The notes beneath the pieces were generated by a model. It saw nothing but the letters and a program-made list of their open reading frames with translations, made no database searches and was not told the DNA's origin. Of a stretch of DNA of 64,000 nucleotides, positions 59,561 through 64,000 are shown piece by piece. Location of the stretch: the IMG/VR virus record IMGVR_UViG_3300036770_006296, positions 142,618-206,617 of that record. One strand, given 5' to 3'. Within the stretch, counting starts at the first letter, position 1; every line of letters begins with the position of its first letter. Position numbers and translations under genes: made by a program.

Positions 59561-60946
59561 ATGAGACCAAGCAGAGTACTAAACTTTGATAGTTATACCA
59601 AATTATTTGAGCAGGAGTCTTCTACACCAGTTAAAACAATCAGCGAGATAATATCTCTCTTTTTTAAATGTTACATGTTTGTAGCTACTAAAGCAGTAGA
59701 TTATAAAGATGTACTTGCCGATTTGATATCTGTATCAGAAGAAAAAGATCCAGCTAAAAGATCCGAAACAATGGAATCTGTTATTAAAAAAGTAGCAGAG
59801 AAAATAGATCCAAAATATGCTACAATAAAAGAAGATGCTATTAAAGCAGCAACTTCTATCAAAGAAATCTATGCTCAAGTTGCTTCAGCAGAAGATGCTA
59901 AAAAGAACGCAGATGCAATTAATAAAATGGTTACTAGTAAAATAGTAAACTATCAAGATATTCTTAAAAATGAGCCTTTAAAAGAGCACGCAAATGTATA
60001 TGGGTTTGATCAATATTCATTCCCTTTACTTTACGAGAAAAATACATTCGATGACGAAAGAGCAGCTCTTACAGATAAAATGAAATCTTTGTATTCTGAA
60101 ATGATTTCACAGAAAAAAAATCCTAGCAGTGCAACATTAAAAGCTAAAGCCGATGAGGTTGTATCTAAGTTTGATGAGTATCAAAAATTACTCTCTGATA
60201 AAGGGGCTTGGGAAAAAATGAAGAGGAAGGAAAGGAAGGAAAAATTAGAGACGATGAATGCTGAGATTGATGATATGATTCAAAAAGCCAATCAGCTTCA
60301 AAAATCTGAATTAGCCAAGATCGGGGTAGACAAGAAAATAGCAGATACTATGTCAAATATTATCACTAGTATAAATTCTATGTCTGATAAAGCTAAAGCT
60401 ATTGACGATAAAGCAATTGCTGACGCTAAGGATGCCGAAGAAAAAAAGAATCAAGAAAAGGTAGAGTATAAAGCTGGTGACATTGTTAAATATAAGAAGG
60501 ATAACGGTGAAGAAGCACAGAGCGAGATAGTTAAAATAGAGGGGGACAAAGTTTACTTTAAAGATAAGGACGGAAAAGAATTTTCTAAGGACAAAAAAGA
60601 CCTTACGGGAAAAGTAGAAGGGAAAGAAGAAGATAAAGACAAAGGTAAGGATATTAGCAGTGGTAATGTAGACAAGAAAAATCTAAAAAAAGATGGTCCT
60701 AATGTTGAAGCAATTAAGAAATTCCAAGAAGACTATAACAATTTAGGAATAGGAAAAAAATTAACGGCTGACGGATTATACGGAAAAAATACAGAAATCG
60801 CTGTTGATAAAGTTGCTAAGATGATTAAAAACATATCTGGAAAAGATATTAATACCGACGGAGGTAAAAAACTTACTGGAGATCTTCAGGATAATCTTAA
60901 AAAATTACTAGCTAATAAGGATAAGATTAAAGAAATCCTCGGATAA
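59561..60946 (+). CDS. late helical protein with C-terminal PG-binding-like motif
   Basis: GATATATA at 59538; FDSYTKLFEQE motif; LTADGLYGKNT. Confidence 0.6.
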   Translation: MRPSRVLNFDSYTKLFEQESSTPVKTISEIISLFFKCYMFVATKAVDYKDVLADLISVSEEKDPAKRSETMESVIKKVAEKIDPKYATIKEDAIKAATSIKEIYAQVASAEDAKKNADAINKMVTSKIVNYQDILKNEPLKEHANVYGFDQYSFPLLYEKNTFDDERAALTDKMKSLYSEMISQKKNPSSATLKAKADEVVSKFDEYQKLLSDKGAWEKMKRKERKEKLETMNAEIDDMIQKANQLQKSELAKIGVDKKIADTMSNIITSINSMSDKAKAIDDKAIADAKDAEEKKNQEKVEYKAGDIVKYKKDNGEEAQSEIVKIEGDKVYFKDKDGKEFSKDKKDLTGKVEGKEEDKDKGKDISSGNVDKKNLKKDGPNVEAIKKFQEDYNNLGIGKKLTADGLYGKNTEIAVDKVAKMIKNISGKDINTDGGKKLTGDLQDNLKKLLANKDKIKEILG

Positions 60947-60999
60947 AAAAATTAACAGTTCTAATACAATAGGAGCTGGAATTTTAAAAAAATGAAAAA

Positions 61000-61284
61000 A
61001 TGAAACATATATTCGAATTTGAATCATTCTCAGAAAAAGTAAATGAGGGATTCTGGAATTCTCTTTTTGGTGGACCAACAGTTGATGACGCAGCTCATGA
61101 TTCTATGAGAGGACAAGGATTTAGCCACAGAGGTAAAGATAAGGATGAACAAAACTACATCGTGTTCCAAGGACAAAAATTCTATCCTGATCAAATTCAA
61201 TATGATGATGTTTATTCAACTAAACCTATCCCAAGAATAGAAAATGGAATTCTTATAGTTGCTAATCCGGCTTGGAATTTATAA
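61000..61284 (+). CDS. hypothetical protein (MKHIFEFESFSEKVNE)
   Basis: N-terminal motif. Confidence 0.65.
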   Translation: MKHIFEFESFSEKVNEGFWNSLFGGPTVDDAAHDSMRGQGFSHRGKDKDEQNYIVFQGQKFYPDQIQYDDVYSTKPIPRIENGILIVANPAWNL

Positions 61285-61295
61285 AAAAAATCAAA

Positions 61296-61345
61296 AATCA
61301 TTTTTTTTATTGGAAACTTTTAGCTACTTTTGAGGTATATAAATA
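61296..61345 (+). promoter_or_regulatory. stacked promoters of tRNA cluster 2
   Basis: AATCA-T8 (61296) + TACTTTTG (61325); GAAAC (61313); GTATATAAATA. Confidence 0.6.
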
Positions 61346-61362
61346 AAAGAACAAAAAATTCA

Positions 61363-61437
61363 ATGCAACAATTTCTAAATATCGTACAAGTTCAGCTCGA
61401 TCTTCTTGAGGATATTGGAAAGTGTCAGAGGAATTAA
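61363..61437 (+). CDS. attenuator leader peptide 2 MQQFLNIVQVQLDLLEDIGKCQRN
   Basis: 24 codons; CTC GAT CTT CTT GAG GAT run; 3' end complementary to terminator arm. Confidence 0.7.
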   Translation: MQQFLNIVQVQLDLLEDIGKCQRN

Positions 61438-61457
61438 TTGATATAACGATACAATTT

Positions 61458-61486
61458 AAACCTCTGATAACCTCAGAGGTTTTTTT
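61458..61486 (+). terminator. attenuator terminator 2
   Basis: AAACCTCTGA-taacc-TCAGAGGTTTTTTT; 5' arm alternatively pairs with 61423-61431. Confidence 0.85.
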
Positions 61487-61495
61487 GTTTTATAT

Positions 61496-61508
61496 GGTCT
61501 TTGAAATA
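61496..61508 (+). promoter_or_regulatory. boxA-like site
   Basis: GGTCTTTGAAATA. Confidence 0.55.
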
Positions 61509-61516
61509 TTGAAATT

Positions 61517-61601
61517 AGGAATAAGGTAACCACAAACCCACTGGTATTAGGCAGCTCTTGAGATGGAATGCAAGACAGAGCGTAGGTCCTGCCTTATTCC
61601 T
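61517..61601 (+). ncRNA. unclassified structured RNA heading tRNA cluster 2
   Basis: 12-bp terminal stem AGGAATAAGGTA/TGCCTTATTCCT enclosing two hairpins. Confidence 0.5.
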
Positions 61602-61608
61602 TTTTTAT

Positions 61609-61680
61609 GGTCGGTTCATCTAGGGGTCAGGATACAAGGTTTTCATCCTTGTCACACGGGTTCGAATCCCGTACCGACTA
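61609..61680 (+). tRNA. tRNA-Glu(TTC)
   Basis: CAAGG-TT-TTC-AT-CCTTG. Confidence 0.93.
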
Positions 61681-61766
61681 CTACAGCCTGTACCCTTGAG
61701 AAACTCGTATTTAAAGATAAGCAGGTTGGTTACGAAATAAAAGGGTAAGAGAATAAGTAACAAATT

Positions 61767-61840
61767 GGTCCTACAGTCCAGTTGGAGTGGACGCCGCCCT
61801 GTCACGGCGGAGATCGCGGGTTCGAGTCCCGCTAGGACCG
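61767..61840 (+). tRNA. tRNA-Asp(GTC)
   Basis: CCGCC-CT-GTC-AC-GGCGG. Confidence 0.93.
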
Positions 61841-61846
61841 CAATAT

Positions 61847-61919
<73 letters not shown>

Positions 61920-61990
61920 CTAAGCCCCCATTTCGTACCGTTACTGGATAATATAAATCTAAGTAACGTACGAAATGGAAATAATTTAAA

Positions 61991-62003
61991 GTTCTTTGAT
62001 ATA
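61991..62003 (+). promoter_or_regulatory. boxA-like site within cluster 2
   Basis: GTTCTTTGATATA after long hairpin 61928-61978. Confidence 0.5.
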
Positions 62004-62067
62004 CTTTATTACATCAATTTCAGATTTGGTAGTCTTTCTTGGATATATATACTAAAACGATTGTTTT

Positions 62068-62523
62068 ATGTATAGCAAAAATAAAATATCAGATATAATG
62101 ATAATAGAGGAGATAAAAACAGGAAATACGATGAATACCTGCGCTATTAATCTAGGTATTAAATTTTCGACGTTTAAAAGAAGAGCAATTTTACTTGGTG
62201 TTTATACTCCAAATCAAGGAAGAAAAGGAATTAAAAGAAATCCTAGTGAATTTAATAAAATTACAATATCTTTAGACGATATAATATCGGGGAAACATGA
62301 AGGACATTATACATCTTCAAGATTAAGAAAAAGATTAATTAAAGAAGGATATAAGAAAAATCAATGTGAAGAATGTAATATAAAAGAATGGAACGGGAAA
62401 GAGATAACATGTGAGCTACATCACATTGACGGAAATAGGGGTAATAACAGGTTGGAAAATTTATTAATACTCTGCCCTAATTGTCACTCTCAAACCCCTA
62501 ACCACTCAAAAAGAAATACCTAG
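62068..62523 (+). mobile_element. HNH endonuclease inserted in tRNA cluster
   Basis: CEEC...ELHHIDGNRGNNRLENLLILCPNCH; GATATATA at 62042. Confidence 0.88.
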
Positions 62524-62591
62524 GTACCCCAATTGGCAGAGGGAATAGATTTAGGATCTATAAAGTGAGGGTTCGAGTCCCTCCCTGGGTA
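62518..62591 (+). tRNA. tRNA-Leu(TAG) with short variable loop
   Basis: ACCTAGG/CCTGGGT-A, ATAGA-TT-TAG-GA-TCTAT, 5-nt variable loop. Confidence 0.85.
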
Positions 62592-62599
62592 CACCAAAA

Positions 62600-62673
62600 G
62601 GTCCCTTAGCTCAGTAGGTTAGAGCAACTGACTCATAATCAGTAGGTCCACGGTTCGAGCCCGTGAGGGACCA
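62600..62673 (+). tRNA. tRNA-Ile2(CAT), identical copy of 58489-58562
   Basis: exact duplicate sequence. Confidence 0.85.
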
Positions 62674-62674
62674 C

Positions 62675-63193
62675 ATGAAAGTTTTATTTTTAGATCATGA
62701 TGGAGTAATTTGTCTTTCTTCACAATGGGGAGGGAGATACAAGAAGAAAGGATACGATAGTAATCCCGAAACTCCGCTGGATCTTAGAATGGACAGCTTT
62801 GATAAAAAGGCGGTTAAGGTTCTAAACGAGATTATAGAATTAACTGGATGCGAAATCGTTGTTTCTTCAGATTGGAAAAACTGGGGAGATTTAGAACAGA
62901 TGCAAAAAATGTATATTACTCGGGGGATCAAACCTCCTATCGATCTTACTCCTAACATGAAAGATTTCGACGAGAATGGATTTGCTCTTTTTGAATGGAA
63001 AGAGTTATATGGAGCTATACGTGTTACAGAAATTAGGGAATGGCTTAAAAATCACCCAGAAGTAACACATTGGGTTGCTGTTGATGATATGGATCTTTCT
63101 AAGTTAGATAACTTTGTAATGACTACTAAACCTTACAATGAGGGGATAAAACAATCAGGAATTAAGGATAAAATCGTTAAATTTTTGATTTAA
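62675..63193 (+). CDS. HAD-superfamily protein (Swiss-army-knife RNA-repair HAD-like)
   Basis: VLFLDHDGV, IVVSSDW, EI.EWL..HP, WVAVDD; start moved out of tRNA. Confidence 0.75.
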   Translation: MKVLFLDHDGVICLSSQWGGRYKKKGYDSNPETPLDLRMDSFDKKAVKVLNEIIELTGCEIVVSSDWKNWGDLEQMQKMYITRGIKPPIDLTPNMKDFDENGFALFEWKELYGAIRVTEIREWLKNHPEVTHWVAVDDMDLSKLDNFVMTTKPYNEGIKQSGIKDKIVKFLI

Positions 63194-63278
63194 TTAATAA
63201 AATCTTTTTTTAGGGCCGTTATATTTCGCTAATTTTGTGATATAATGTATGTATAAGTTTAACATTAAAAATTTTATT

Positions 63279-63671
63279 ATGGAAAAACAAATTTTAAAAA
63301 GATTTACTATGAATGTGGATCACACAAACCCAGATGCTAAGATGTCATTCACTACTGTTGGTACTGGTAAAACAGAAAGGGAAGCAGCAGTATTTGCTCT
63401 TGGTATGTTTTATAAAATCATGGATGGTGACGAGGGTGACCAAGGAATTCAAAGATATGAGGATGCTTTGGAAATTGTTAATGAGAAATTGGAGGAAGTG
63501 GAAATTGATCAGGTGATAGACTCTTTAATAATGGGAGAGGTAGAAAAAGATTCAGATATTTTCTATAATGCTTATGAGTCCACTAAAGTTGAATATAGCT
63601 GGAGCGAGGTTAAAGAAGTGTCGGAGTGTGGATATACGGCCAGTATGGAAGTAATCGAAACTTATTACTAA
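63279..63671 (+). CDS. hypothetical acidic protein
   Basis: class I promoter 63201-63237. Confidence 0.6.
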   Translation: MEKQILKRFTMNVDHTNPDAKMSFTTVGTGKTEREAAVFALGMFYKIMDGDEGDQGIQRYEDALEIVNEKLEEVEIDQVIDSLIMGEVEKDSDIFYNAYESTKVEYSWSEVKEVSECGYTASMEVIETYY

Positions 63672-63689
63672 TTAATCCAAAAATATCAG

Positions 63690-63755
63690 AAACCATTTTT
63701 TATTCAAAATAATTGTTATACTTTTGTGAAACAGTATCGGAATAAAGATATATAA
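63690..63755 (+). promoter_or_regulatory. stacked promoters of tRNA cluster 3
   Basis: AAACCA-T6 + TACTTTTG (63719); GAAAC (63728) + TATAA (63751); GATATATA (63747). Confidence 0.65.
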
Positions 63756-63765
63756 GAAAGAAACA

Positions 63766-63873
63766 ATGAAAAACTGTAGTAAACATAACATCATTCGCAT
63801 GAACAGTCAGATTAATGGCTGCTATCAAACGGTGGCGTTTTGGGCTAAGGGGAAAGAACCCGATCGGAGCTAG
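63766..63873 (+). CDS. attenuator leader peptide 3 MKNCSKHNIIRMNSQINGCYQTVAFWAKGKEPDRS
   Basis: 35 codons, 19 amino acids, no Leu; 3' end complementary to terminator arm. Confidence 0.72.
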   Translation: MKNCSKHNIIRMNSQINGCYQTVAFWAKGKEPDRS

Positions 63874-63902
63874 ATACAGGAAATCATAAATAGATATTTT
63901 GG

Positions 63903-63932
63903 AAAAGGCTTCGATTATTCGAAGCCTTTTTT
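63903..63932 (+). terminator. attenuator terminator 3
   Basis: AAAAGGCTTCGA-ttat-TCGAAGCCTTTTTT; 5' arm alternatively pairs with 63862-63871. Confidence 0.85.
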
Positions 63933-63936
63933 ATTT

Positions 63937-63949
63937 GTTCTTTGACATA
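63937..63949 (+). promoter_or_regulatory. boxA-like site
   Basis: GTTCTTTGACATA. Confidence 0.6.
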
Positions 63950-63959
63950 CTGGAAAATT

Positions 63960-64000
63960 GGGTTGGTAGCAAAGTTGGTCAATGCACTAGACTGAAAATC
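63960..64000 (+). tRNA. tRNA-Phe(GAA), truncated by window end
   Basis: GGGTTGG TA GCAAAGTTGGTCAATGC A CTAGA-CT-GAA-AA-TC. Confidence 0.75.

Noticed and set aside
61681-61766. HDV-like (theta) ribozyme after a tRNA
   Set aside because: Could not map the P1/P1.1/P3/J4-2 elements by eye; kept only as an unexplained structure.

Overview
AT-rich, densely coding 64 kb segment of a large (jumbo-type) tailed phage in the standard genetic code. The host is probably Bacteroidota: TAnnTTTG -7 promoter boxes and Bacteroidota-type RpoD paralogs are present. It carries two sigma70 factors, polyamine enzymes (SpeD, deoxyhypusine-synthase-like), NADAR, ClpP-like protease, Dda-like helicase, ThyA, lysins, a late two-component-signalling operon, a Ro60/TROVE gene preceded by three Y-RNA-like elements, RNA-repair-type proteins and three tRNA clusters. 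Main finding: each tRNA cluster (58157, 61517/61609, 63960) is preceded by the same unannotated cassette: stacked promoters -> 24-35 codon leader ORF -> antiterminator strand at the leader 3' end -> intrinsic terminator -> boxA -> tRNAs. The leader codons largely match the anticodons of the downstream tRNAs. This looks like ribosome-mediated attenuation that switches on phage tRNA supply when those codons are translated slowly. Three promoter classes, a shared N-terminal motif on about 19 late proteins, a shared C-terminal motif and several candidate ncRNAs are also visible. All calls were made by eye from motifs; no database searches or folding programs were run.
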